Below, piece after piece: positions 50,651-64,000 of a stretch of DNA of 64,000 nucleotides. The notes under the pieces are model-generated. The model was not told the DNA's origin, ran no database searches, and worked only from the letters and a program-made list of their open reading frames with translations. A program made the position numbers and the translations under genes. Source of the stretch: Bugula neritina (lineage: Eukaryota; Animalia; Bryozoa); the NCBI GenBank assembly GCA_964035545.1, contig OZ037766.1, forward strand, positions 14,374,722 to 14,438,721, read 5' to 3'. Each line of letters opens with the position of its first letter. Position 1 is the stretch's first letter.

Positions 50651-53380
50651 CTCACAATCGGTAGGGCCTGCTAGCAGCCCACCACCAGTTAGATCATCTA
50701 GAAATAAATACCAATAGTAGAAGTCATTGGTTTACATAATCAGTGTGTCTGCATGCTCTATATCCATGATCTTCATACCATCTTCTAACAATTAACATGT
50801 TATTTTGATAGATATGTGCTCTATTGTATTGAAACCTGAAATTTACACCAAATGGTTTAGCCACGTTTGAATAACCTACCATTAAGAAAATTATGTTGAA
50901 ACTGAGTCTCATCATTGAATATAGCTCCAGGTGAAGAAGGAGGGTTAGCAATGAATTCCTCCAAATGGTTTGTATTCATTTTATGCCAAAGCAGCTAGTT
51001 ATTTGCCTAAAAATGTCAAACATGTTAGTCTCGTGATGCTGATTGCAAGACTAGTATATAATCTTATTCCTCCACTAACCTTAACTTAATGTACTTATTG
51101 TAATAGCCTTAAAACTAGAAAAGGACATGGTCTATGTATATCAAGATTAAAAACAACAAGCTACAAAATCTCACTACTGTGAAGTAATAGTAACAGCAGC
51201 ATGTAAATTTCTGGAGAGTAAATAGGTTAGTTGCAGGAATAAGGATTTCATTTAAAAAATTGCAACAAAAATCTTTAGCACTGGTTTTACGTAAAAGTCT
51301 GAAACTATACTGCTATAAACTAGGAAATGTTTTTTTTTCATATCGACACACCCAATAAATAGAACAGTTATCATTTATAAAAATTGCTAGACTCAGTGGC
51401 CATATTTGAGATAACAATGGTCATAGCTGACATACAGTAAACAATAACCACAATAAGGTTTTATTGTAATTTACTTTACTACAATGATAAGGCCAACATC
51501 TAATAGTACATACAATATAAACAGTAGTTGTATTTAATGATAATGGCAATAATAGTAACTCAATTAGCTATCAAAAGAACAATTAGAAGCGAAAACTATA
51601 ACGTACAAATATTGATATAAACTTCCACACAATAATAACACATTTAGCTGTAATTATTACATCCATTGTTACTATAAGGTTATGTTAACTTTCTAAAGCA
51701 AACCAGTTCTTTATTGGAATAAGTTCTCATTACAAAATTCAATGATAATTATATCTATAGAGTAACTTATCTAATATTGTGAACCATACTTGAGAATACT
51801 TTAGACAGGAGTAATAATGATTAAAAAGTCTATGGTGGCAAAAATTATACCATAAAAACTGCTTATATTTGTAAGAATTTGAATTCACAATAACAAATCA
51901 TAATATATTCAGCATGATTATGCCACTATTTTTTCACATTTGCAAAAAATACTACTAATTAAATCAAATTATAGTTAACAACTCCATACATAAAAAACCA
52001 GAATTTGAATTTCTTGATTACATTAAAATCTTGAGAGTATTACAGCATATACTTATAGCTGAACTATAAGCTTGATGAAAACATCTGTAAAAAGGTATAA
52101 GTACATACAATGAAAATGCAAGGGGAAATTGGCATAATTATAATAAAACGAGCTCTATTTTGGGTGACCAAAAATGCCCAATTCATAGCATATAAGACTA
52201 TAACCCAAAGTTTTGGAATAAAAGTGATTGCATGAAACATTTATTTGCAATATTAATGTAATCATAAAGAAATTGGATATATTAATATGAAATCATACTC
52301 ATACTGAATTTGACTGACTAATTTTAAATTATAACAATATTAATAAAACAATTAAATTTATCAACTTGAAATTAATAATCATAGTATTCAACAATAATCA
52401 TAATGTAAAACTAAATGAGTCTAACTCTATGATCATGAAAACCATTGACATGGTAATGAACTTAAAGTGATCATCATTATCATTATGGTTGCCATTATCT
52501 ATTATTATCGGAGAAGAAATCAAAATGAAAATATTCTTAACCCTAAAGTTACTAATACAAAATATAAATATCAATAATAATAACATCAATATGAAATTGA
52601 ATGAGTTAATAAACATGATCATAATCATAATGTTCATTATTCTATTGTAATTATTGTTCATCGTAATTATGTCAATTAGTTTATTTAAATTAAATTAAAT
52701 TAAAAGATCCAATTATCCATAATCATAATGGTACTGGTTTGATATTCATAAATTCATATTGATATTCACTTTCCCTTTCACATTCACTGATTTAGTGAGC
52801 GTGATGTTGGCATTCTGATTCACCCGGCTTTTGGCTTAACAGCAAGTTATAAGCCATTACATACCCAAAAAATAGCTAAAAACTAAACAATAATGATTCA
52901 AATTTTTGCTGGCGAGCATCAATAAAGGTATGCATGAAGCTACGCGGAGTATTGACACTTTTTAATCTACAGTACGCCGAAAAGAACAAACTCAAAGGGC
53001 AGCTTGCAATGCAACACTCACTTGCATGGAGATGGGAGGTTTAGCAAAGCGCTTTGTAATTTGTCATTTATCCAAGTTGTAACCAATAAAACTAGATTTT
53101 ACAAAACTACAAACCGGAAACAGAGCTATCGTTACGTAGTATTTCAGCAAATGATTGAAGATAATTATTACCTTCATAGCAAACGAAACGTAATTAATCA
53201 TTTAAATCTTCTACCAATGAGCAGACAAATTCTGCGCAAATTAATTGTTCCGAGGCACTTGGGTTTTTAAACATCATCTACTACTGTATTTATACTATAG
53301 AGTTATTACAAAAAGTTGTCATATTGTGAGTAAGTTGTTGTATATCCATATCTTGCATTATAGCTTTGTTGTTTTACAGG

Positions 53381-55247
53381 CAGGGATGTAGTGGTACCCA
53401 TACGGTCCCATACGCCGTATGGCCTAGAAGAAAATAGACTGTTCTAGGCCATACGCCCGTATGGGCATAATTATTTTTGAAAGATGATTAGTGCCACAGG
53501 ATAGTTAGGGCATCCTCACTGAGAATATCATAAATTTCGCTCACAATCTAATTTAAGTTCTTGCTATGTTAATGCTCTGTGGGTGGCATGCGTGTTGCCT
53601 ACTTGTGATTGTTTAGCCTGAGATTACACTATGAATAATATGCAGCTATCAACATTCCATCTTCTCATCTCTACGTGTTCATTGAAGCGCGAAGTGCTGC
53701 GCATTGGTGATTACTAAGGAAACATAATTTCATTTTCAGTGTATAAATCACTAACTTGTAGAAAATCTATGAAGGCTATTGAAAAGATAAAAAAATTTGC
53801 CATGCATAAATTTCTCAGGTTTCCGACAGTGTTTGTTCTATTCGAATACCATGCTTTCCTGCTGAGATATTTGGCATGGATTGAAAAATAAATTTTTCAG
53901 GTAACATTGGCCAAAAATGGGTAGATTTTTGTCTAACTTTGCAAAAAAATATTGAAAACTCAAAAAAGCAGGTGCTCTGAGGAACAGGCAGATCTAAAAC
54001 ATGGTTTTTAAATTTTAATTCTAGCACAATTAAGTGAGGTTTTATTTTGCAGGACTGAATTCTTATAATATACCAATAATGTGGCCTCAGCAAGGCTGTG
54101 ACAGCTAGAAGGTTGCCCTTATCTATCTTGTGTAGACTTGCATTTTGTCAATAAGCAATGGAATTTGGAAAAAGCCAACATGAAATCCAGAAATAAAATC
54201 AAAATGTCTTCAAGAAACAGTACCAGCTGCACCTGTAGACCTCAGTGATAAACTTTCATTAGCCTCTCCTACACATGTGTAGGAGAGGCTAATGAAAATT
54301 TATCACTGAGGTCTACAGGTACTATATCCACCTTTTGGTCAAAAACCTAGCGTTATTGCATGTTAATTATTAATGCAATAAGGTTTTGCAAACTGTACAC
54401 CACCATAAGTAACCTTTTATGTTTGATTGTACTAATGTCTGGCTTTACATTTAATCATCTTCTAGGTTAACACATATTAAACCTGTCAAATTTGTTCTCT
54501 TGGGGATATTTCCTTGATGTATCTAGTGGAAGCTCAGGGGTTTTATTTTAAAACCAAGTTAACATACTCTTCTTGGGTGTGCTTTATTGTGTGTAAGGAG
54601 GTGTGTAAGGAGGTGTGGCGGTATCACCTTATGGATTAGACTAGTACTCTAATAAACTCCAAATAGGTTTCAACCAATTTCTGCTTGCCAATGAGTTATC
54701 AATTCAAATTGCTCTTTATAAATAATCAACACACATTTTCTGATTAGCAATCTTCCTCTGTTCTGATCTATTATTCTTTTTCTGTGCACGGCAGTGTATT
54801 AGTTATTTAAAGTAATCAGGTTGCATTTGGAGAGCACTTGTTACCTGCCTCTATCCTTCCATCTTTTTGAGATATTCAGCAATTTTTCTGTACAGGTTGG
54901 ACTTAGTGTCAGAATAAACCTAACTGCAGTTGAGTAAGACCACATTACATTACATTACAGTCAACAGGTATGGGACAAGACTGAATATTTATATAGTTTG
55001 CAGCAATGACCTGTCGTCATGTAGCTGGTATGGTATGAAAATAATAGCGAGATGCACATTTCAACACAGATTTTTTTCAGAAGAATTATAATTCACAATG
55101 GCTTTAAATTGCATAAATTTGCATCAGAAGCGCTCTGAGGGCTTCGGCGGCCGGGGCGCTGCCCCGGACCCCGCCGGGGGCCTAGGCGGCCCCCTGGACC
55201 CCCGGCCTAAGAGTATGGCCTAGAATATTTTTGCCACTACAACCCTG
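53381..55247. mobile_element. Non-autonomous hAT-type DNA transposon (1867 bp)
   Basis: 14-bp TIRs CAGGG(A/T)TGTAGTGG (53381-53394, 55234-55247); perfect 8-bp TSD TTTACAGG (53373-53380, 55248-55255); subterminal GTATGGCCTAGAA repeats (53417-53429, inverted 53442-53454, 55213-55225). Confidence 0.92.
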
Positions 55248-56501
55248 TTTACAGGCTTTACAAGAAAAAGCTAATGTTTTAGGCACATATTATTGTTACT
55301 CACTCTTTAACTCTCTGACTCAGCCGAGTAACATGTTAAATGTTCAATAAAACTTATTCTCATAACACTACGTTATATTCATATTGTAATAATTCATTCA
55401 AACTTTTTTAAGTTTAATTGGGGTTGAGGTGTTTAGATATGCCTAACTACAGTAACACTCAGGTGTAGCATAAACTGTGGGAAGTTTTTCCTTAAGTACA
55501 CAAAACTTGCTAAAACAATATTTTTACCTGAAATGTCAAAATAGTCTAATTTTAGACCAGTTAAAGGTTTGGCTCTTTTACAAAATACTTAGCATAAAAA
55601 TAAGGCATGTATGCATGAAAGATAATAAACATAATGACAATCCATATGGAGCCAGAAACACCCTCACATATACTTTCAACCATGGGTAATGTGGTTATTT
55701 TTCTATTTTTACAGCTTTGGGTTAATACACTAGTGCAAAACCAAATTTACTACTTACCTATATTGGCAGGACATTAATTTAAACAAATAGTCAACAGCTG
55801 CTAGTTATAGGGTGGGATATGGAGCTTATATAACGCATCTATAGACTGATTCTGTCAACAAAAATTTGTGCCAACAGGAAAAATAGTAGAAACTTATTGT
55901 ATAACAATTCCTAATGAGACTATTTTTGAAATTATGTAAAATTTGTACATCAATATATCAAATTGCTTATAAATATATGCCCATGTGCGTTTTGGCCATA
56001 TATCATAGTAATGATTATGTTCAGCAGAACTATTAAAATTTAAATAATTGATGTATATTAAATGACTAAAAGCCTATTAGAACTATAATTTATAATTATA
56101 TTACTTTACGTAATAATTGTGGTTTGGCATTTTCTATACACAATTAACATTGCTTTCAATTAACTTTTATTATATTAAATACAATTTAAATTATTTTAAA
56201 TAATTGAACAATATATTATACTTTACCTTATGTTACAAGTCATAGTTTTGTTTTAATATAGACTACACAACAGTTTCAGTCTGCATGTATTGCTAGCATA
56301 CAAATTATTTATAAAACGCACATTAATATACTGCAATCTTCAATAAATTTGATTTATATTCCCAATATAGGCAACTGTATACATTTCAATTATATAAAAT
56401 AAGTATAAAATTTATATAGTTGCATATAAAAGCAAATGTATAATAAAAAAATAAAATACACAATTATGCATATTATCATATACATGAACATTATACATAT
56501 C

Positions 56502-56569
56502 ACGCACACGCACACACACACACACACATATATATACGTGTGCATATATATACGTGTGTATATATATAC

Positions 56570-56663
<94 letters not shown>
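56502..56663. repeat. Compound (CA)n/(TA)n microsatellite
   Basis: Direct read. Confidence 0.97.
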
Positions 56664-56668
<5 letters not shown>

Positions 56669-57769
56669 ATAGGCTATATGGTGTTGATTAGTAGGCTATG
56701 TTCAACATAGCATCAGCTGTGAAGATATTGAACATCAGCATGTTTGACATGTTGACCACCAAGCATTTATTTAAAAAAGCAGTATTTGCAAACTTGCCAA
56801 AATGAAATATATTTGCATTGTTGGCAGCTAGTTATTCATAATTATTTTCATTGTAATGCCAGGGCTTTGCACCTGGATGCTAATGTTTAGACTAATTTGC
56901 TATGCCATTACTATGACATCATTTCTCAATGAACTGGAGTCAAAAACCTTGCCTATGCAATGCATACTGTTACTAATTTTATGCTTCTGGCCTCTCCAAA
57001 GCAAAATCATATGTTCACTAGAATTGCTAATAAAAATATGTATATAAATAAGATTACTTGGTTGAATTTCTTTTGAAATTACAGAAGAAAATTAAACCGA
57101 CATACTATTACTTTTAAATAAAAACTTGTACTCCTGTAAAGTAACAATGTATCAAAAGGACTATACATGTATATAGTAGCACATATATAAATTATAGCTA
57201 GTTAGGAGTTGACATGCGGGCAATAATGAGTTAACAATGAGTCTTTAAACAGGACTTATTCTAAAACTGCCAAAATTGCTTATTATAACTATTAGATCCT
57301 GATTATCAATCAGATTTCAAGTTTTATTACTTTTGCATAATGAGTTTTTTAAATAGCAATCACTATTTGATGAGAATAAAATGACAATAAAAGTTACATT
57401 TAAGTTTAAAATTTTTATTGTTGCAATTGATGGTGGCAAACATGTTTAAAGGAGTATAATTAATGTATATAAATTACATATACTTGCTGATGATAGAAAA
57501 CTTCATTTGTATCAACAGTCATAACCACTCCTGACTAGTTATGTTATTTGTTCTATTAATAAATAAAATATTAGACATTTTATTAATTACTGATGTCTAA
57601 GAAAAATGAAATAAAAGACCAATAATGCTCTAAGACAGATTTTGATGTAGATTAAATATATATAATAAAACAGTTATAGTTGTGTTAATATTTGCACATA
57701 TGATTAGACAGTACGCTGCATTATAGATAACTCATCAATAATAATGTTGACCATACATAGATTAGTATA

Positions 57770-58200
57770 AGCTAGAGGGTGTTGATAAGTTTACTTATTT
57801 GAGATCTACTCTCACCAAGAACACTACAGTTTGGTAAATATTGATTGATTGGGAACGTGTTTGCATGGGCCCTAAACAAGTGAGTATGAAAAAACAAACA
57901 TCTCCAAAGCCTGTGTTCTCAGCATTATTCTTTATGGATCAGAGACATGGGCACTTTTTCATTGCAAGAATTAAATCTTTCCATAGCAAATGTTAAAGAT
58001 ACATTCTGGGTATAACCTGCGAAAATAGTATAACAATTAATGAAGATGTTTTTAAAATCACAGATTAAGGTCCTTTTTTTCAAAGCTGGGCTGGTCACTT
58101 AAAACACATACTAAAACACTGCATCCCACGCATCCTATTCTGTGGTGTATTATAGGGAGAAGCTTGTCAAACTGGAAGACATTGTAAAGGTGTCCTGAAG
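57770..58200 (+). mobile_element. Degraded RTE-clade LINE fragment (RT C-terminal region)
   Basis: Hand translation LEGVDKFTYLRSTL (57772) and KACVLSIILYGSETW (about 57905), followed by remnants of ILGI and WAGH; many indels and stops. Confidence 0.75.
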
Positions 58201-60138
58201 CAAGGTCTCAAGGACTTTTATATCGAACCTAAACACTTAATACTACACTTTCTTACTACTGTGTCAAGTAGAGATCAAAAGCTTTTATACCAGTCAAACA
58301 TTTGGCACTCGGAGAACAAGATCAAGAAATTTTTAGCAAGATGTCTGAAACATCAATGTTGAAGATCCCATGATGCATTGCCATTTTTGACAGAACATAA
58401 ACTGTTCATTGGCATACGAGCCTATGCATAGAAATTTAAGCTTTACAATATTAATTGATTATCATTTCAAATTTATACAAATTAGATAACATAGTAATAT
58501 GCATCACTGATGACAATTTCAAATTAGCGCTATATAATAAAACACAATACAGTGCCATGCAATACAATGCTGATCAACATATTTCAAGCCGACCCAATAC
58601 AAAATGATACAAATTAATGCAATATAGTGCAATACAATACACAGTAAGATGCAATACAATAATACTCATGCAGTAATCCTATTGCTGCAGAAAACTGCTG
58701 ATGTGCAAAAACTTCACATAGAGGTTACAGGCTTGTGTTGTAAGCAACCCTAAATATGCTGGTTGTAAAGTAGTTGAACTATTTTAAAGGTAGTTTATTT
58801 TGTGAAATTTTAATGCATCTAATGTAACAAAAGCTATTTTCAGGTGTTATCTCCATATTTTGGCTCTTCAAGTTTGTATTTGAAAACTGATTTACTTTAT
58901 ATGATGTTGAATTTTTTTCAACAAGTGAGATATTGCCATGAAAAATAAACTAGTGCAAGTATAACACCTTCTTTTTATCTGTTAAGAGCTCATCATTATA
59001 AGAATTTCTCGTAAAATATTATAGTATACTAAGCTATTTAATTATATATATTATTAGTGGTTGTGCAGTAAATACAAATGATTCTCATGTTTTTATTATA
59101 AATATTTAGAAATAAAATACATTAGGCTGGTTTTTTAAAGTTTCTCTTGTTTATCTGTCTATCCATATTGTAGGCTATAGTTGTCTTATTCTTGGATATG
59201 CTTACAATGAATTCATGGAAAATTTATGTAATTATATTTATAAATTTATAAATACAAGTTTATTAGTTGCTTTTAATAGCAAGGCATAATATGAATGTTT
59301 TTGCATGAGTAATAACTCATAACACCATAACCAGCTCTTACAAAATTAGACTTGTAGTCTATACTCTATATTATTTAAAAAGATATTTTGTACATTGTTG
59401 TCTCTCTTTAAAAAGTACAACTTCAGGTAAAGGCATTGACATTACACTGATGTTACCACTCAAGCAGACTTGCCCCAGCTAAGCAACTTCATACAATCTT
59501 ACTAAAATTTTTATATATCACCGTACACTGACATAAAGCAGGTGTTTCATGTCCCAGAGTCCAAAGTCTGTGCTTTTAATTTTAGCCTATCCTTCACAGT
59601 CGGATAGCTGTAAGTTATCACTGTCATCAGCGGAGCTACTCTCCTTATAAGGAGATAACTCTGCGGAGTAATCGCTTTCTTTCGCGCGGGAAATTCATCA
59701 TGCCCTCTAACCTTTTGCTAACCTTAGATCCCTGCGGCTTACCCACGTGGGAGTCTTTCCTGAAGAGCAATCACTGAAAGATTAATAGATCACACCGACG
59801 CTGCATTCACTTAGATATAAAATTGATAATTATCAAGCTAGTATTTGTGTAAGTATTTGTAATATTATAAAACTAAATTAATAGAGTTTAAATATTATAA
59901 TAGTCACTGATAAAAATCAAAATAGTTGAATCTGCACTTTTTATTTTAAGTTTTACTTGTACTTTAGTTGTATCAAAGCTCTGTAAGTGTAAGTCAAAGT
60001 GTAAGCAAAAGTCAAAGTATAAGATTAAGCGTTCTACTTCGTCTTCTAGTTCTATGACAGTGTGACTATAAGTATGACAGTGAGTTTGACTATCGTTGTC
60101 ACTACGACTATGGGTTACAATAATCAATATTAATAATA

Positions 60139-60770
60139 AAGTGTAGACTCATGGCTTACAAATCCCTATGCCTTCCTCACCTAGACTATGCTTCTGCTGT
60201 TTGGGACCCCTATACTACAAAAGAAATAAATTCCATCGAAGAAGTACAAACACGGGCAGTAAGAGCCATAGCTAACATCAAGGGTAGAAGAGGAGTGCGA
60301 GAAGCAAAAGAAAGACTGGAGCTGGCCGCCCTCGATGAAAGAAGAAGAACTCAACGGCTAAGACTCCTTATGAGGATACTCCAAAAGGAAGAATATCACC
60401 CAGCACTCTCTGCAGCGTATGAAGAACTAATAAACACCCCGGAAAGTTTTATCCAAACTAGGGCCCAAACACTAGGACAGCCAAGATCAGTCAGCACCAA
60501 TAATAACTGCTATTATAACAGCTTCTTGCCACGAACAATCCGTGACCTTAAAGGGAACAATCCTTGCAAGACTAATTTACACACAGAATAATCTAAACAT
60601 TGACAGGTTAACTTACCTGTACTAATAAACAATATTGCAACACACACTGCAACCAATTTATGGACTATTGTATGCATTTTACTTTCTGACCAACCATAAA
60701 CATATGAGGCATGCCGCTTCTGCTACCTAGTGGTCTAGCATGATCGTAATCTGGAGGTAACTGGAGGTAC
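60139..60770 (+). mobile_element. 5'-truncated non-LTR retrotransposon (CR1/L2 group) 3' end; ORF 60151-60591
   Basis: YKSLCLPHLDYASAVWDPY...IEEVQTRAVR...NSFLPRTIRDL is the post-RT C-terminal region; the 3' UTR ends in tandem CTGGAGGTA repeats (60751-60769). Confidence 0.85.
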
Positions 60771-61781
60771 TAATAGTAATATTCGTAATGAATTTGACTC
60801 TATTATGGGAAATTGAATCAATGAACTCTTATAATCATTTTGAATTACCCCTCAGGAACACATCGTGACCTAATTAGTAGTTAAGGGTGTGCACTCCATT
60901 TTGTTAAGGGTGGCCAGAAACTTGACATATTGGACATGCAGATGTTACTGTAATGTTTGTCATGGTGTCAGGTTTCCAGCCCACCAGATTCTTTAAACTT
61001 CCCATTACATTCTGAGAAGATTAGCTCAACATCATCTTCCAATAATATGATACTTTCACTGAGAAAGTCTAGTGGTGGTGCTAATGGCCTATATTTTTAT
61101 ATTATGAAAAGTCACTGCTATTGGTACCTAAAAAGTGTAGTTTACTGTGTGAAGCAATATTGTAGTAATGTTATTTTTGCAATTTGGGTCGAATTATTTA
61201 TTAAGTTCAATTTTTTTACTATTCTGGTTATTATGAAGCAAGTCACCAATACTAATGTATGGGTGGGGAGGCTGTTTGATTTCTAAATACTTTTACTCGT
61301 GCTAATAATGCAAATATCATTAGAACCAGGTACTTAAATCAGAGCTTCTCATTTGCTTTTCTAATAAAGTTATAAAAGTTAGGTTGTAATGATAGACTAA
61401 GATTTTATTACTAATCTACTTGATGGTATTGATTTTGATAGTCACTATAAATTATAAGTATAAATTATAAAAGGCATTTATATTTTTGTGTGTGCAGAAG
61501 CAGTCCAAGCTAGTTTTATTTAGTAAGTAGTAAGTACACTCAAATCACAAAGTTAGTTTTTTATTTGATATATTTTATATTCACAGTTTTACAGTTTGAA
61601 TTAAAATTTTTATTTAGGAACCTCCTCTCCTCATTAAATCATTTTTATTTACACTCCCTCTAAATTTTTACGTTCATTTACAGGTTTAAAAAATAGGTAA
61701 TTAAATAGTTTAATGCACATTTCTCATTTCAATAGCAGCTGATTTGGCTTGTGCTTTATTCTAGTGAGAGATTGGATTATC

Positions 61782-63060
61782 ATGTCTTTACCAGATAACA
61801 ACTCCTACACTCATAGTAAAGAAGTGGAAAGTATTGACCAAAGTAAGGTTATAAATTATTACTGGTGCCTTGTTTCAGTAAAATGTTGCCTCATAAAGTA
61901 AAGCTTGGCATTTTAAATTTACATCAATATCAGTGAAATTAGAAATAGAATAGAAATGTACTTTAAAATAATAATAATACTAATAATAATGATCTTTTCA
62001 ATTTAAATCTTTGAAAGTTTGCCAGTTTATGTTCGTGGGTGAGTGCAATATCCTACACATGAAAATATAAGTAGTAGGATGGATAAATAATATTCAGCCA
62101 CTCCTTAAAATTAGTCTTAGTTGTACTACTTTACTTTATATATTTCTATTTGCAGTAATTTCAACTCTTGAATTCTCAATTTTGGTCTAGAATCTAGATG
62201 GTAAATAAAATGCTTCTAGATATTAAAGTTTATGATCTACACGGAAAAGTTTTGGTTTATGTCGCATTGTCAACTATAAATGTAGTTTTTAGAGAAAAGC
62301 ATAATTTATTGACATAAAAGTTTGCATCAAAGTCTACTTAGTATTTTACTATTGCTTTCACTCTGTTGTAGACACCTTGGTTACAGCTCCTGTTGTTAAG
62401 TCAGGTCTCAATAGTGAAGGAGCAGCTGCTCAACTGAATATTAGTAAGCTATACTTCACACTTTCTTCAGTAATTTTGTGATGTGAGCTGCATTCTGTTG
62501 ATAGTGATGACTTGCCAAATTGTGTTTAATGAAACCGTTTTTTATTCATTATTGTGTTTCTAGCCTATTTATGCTATTTTTAAGCTAATTGAATATTATT
62601 ATACTCATATTCACCATGATTCATCACTTATGATAATTTTATTCCTCATTGGAAATGGGGCTTTTCGAGTATTGATAATTTTATACAGCGGATAAATCTA
62701 AATGAATGAATTCAAGTGAGACCTACATCTAATGAGTACTTTAAGTTGTTATGGCTCCTGCCCCATTCATGTAGACTCTAGCATACATATTCATAGAGTT
62801 GTCTGCCAGATAATTTGTTCTTACTTTATGCTTGTTCTGCTCTTTTATTTATTGAGCATTCTATCAGTATGATTACTTCTTTTCATTGGCTTTATACATC
62901 TAAATTTTAGGAATTATATGGTCATTTATGTGTTTGGTTTCTCTAGAGAGCAAACCAGTGGCAGGATTTCGAAGGAATGTTTTAATTGACTTGCAGATAG
63001 AATCACCCAGGCCACTGAAGGCCTCAACTCTGCAGAAATATGCTAAAGTGAAAGCCCTGG
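61782..63060 (+). CDS. 5' coding exons of a gene continuing beyond the window; possibly a protein kinase
   Basis: Exons 61782-61842, 62372-62443, 62947-63060 with strong donors (GTAAGG, GTAAGC, GTATGT), all phase 1 and open, ending ...LQKYAKVKAL(G). Confidence 0.6.
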
Positions 63061-64000
63061 GTATGTAGTGTTTGTAATTTAAACTATTGTCACTTAATTA
63101 GGATGTTCCAACAGATGAATTTTATTTTCTTACTAAATGAATTGAACATTTTAGTCATGCTAATTTTAAACTTGGCCTTGAAAAAATTAGGTTTTTTCAG
63201 TTGAAATTTAACTATAAAAAATTAGCTATATAACATCCTAACACCTTATGCTTGACTGAAGAGCAATTTGACCAATCAGAACAAGCGAGTTAAATCCAAA
63301 AAAGCAATTTGATGGCCATTTTCTCACTTTTACTAAGCAGTTATACTTACAGTAGCTTTAAGAATACTAGTTCAAAAACCTTCTTGACAACTGATAGAAA
63401 TAGCCACCAAATTTGTAATAGTTTGCTGTTCACTGACTTTCAAACAGTTCTAGTTACTACACTTGTGTGCTTTATTAGTCTACTATTTTCACACTTGCTT
63501 AGACCAAGGGCTGATATTTTCTAAACTAATTATTTTCATGCTGACACAATGTAAATATTCTTTTATTGATTTAATTGATGTCAGAAAGATTTTTATGGCG
63601 AGCAGCGGCTAGAATTAGATGCAATATTTCAATATTTTTTGAGAGAATGGTTGGCCATTTGTGAAAATTTGCTTATTTTCCTATTTATAATTTAGTTTTA
63701 AGTTATCTTCTAAATCTGATTTTGTATAGATGTATGACTAAACTATGTAGTTAGTATCTGTTGTGATGAAAATTGACTTTGCTCGAAACAGGGCTGTCCA
63801 AGCTATATGCATGCACTTTTAAAAGAGGCAAAAATATTTTAGTTGCAACCTAATACTGTTTTGGAGTTGTGCACCCAAGAAAATTAATTTTCATGATTCT
63901 TTTTGCTCATTATGTCTTAATATATTTTAACGGCACTCAGTATCCATAGCCTTAAATCTATGCTGATTTTTATTTCACATCATTTTTAACTGTTGCTGCT

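Noticed and set aside
53641-53697. Minus-strand ALRASMNT*R*EDGMLIAA resembling the hAT dimerisation motif
   Set aside because: Too short and degraded to call a transposase without a profile search.

Overview
Gene-dense, AT-rich eukaryotic DNA with short GT-AG introns, most likely from an invertebrate animal (the taxon cannot be fixed from sequence alone). Host genes reconstructed by hand from splice sites: a catalytically dead myotubularin (MTMR10/11/12-like, +), SMARCB1/SNF5 (-), SUPT4H1/Spt4 (+, absent from the ORF track), CFAP210/CCDC173 (-), an unnamed coiled-coil gene (-), a DYRK2-class kinase (+), a C2H2 zinc-finger gene (-) and the first exons of a gene running off the right edge (+). 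Mobile DNA: the 3' part of a Ty3/Gypsy element with an extra zinc-finger/coiled-coil ORF after pol, a non-autonomous hAT element (14-bp TIRs, 8-bp TSD) containing a 90-bp palindrome, a fold-back MITE and two LINE remnants. The most unusual object is 29435-33124: a Gmr1-type (gag-PR-IN-[RT-RH]) LTR retrotransposon that has lost RT and whose 5' LTR is replaced by an inverted 322-bp copy of the 3' LTR end, with the whole unit bounded by a perfect 5-bp TSD, so it has the architecture of an integrase-only TIR element. A second pattern: degenerate 3/6-nt-periodic AT-rich tracts lie just downstream of the inferred first splice donor of nearly every gene.
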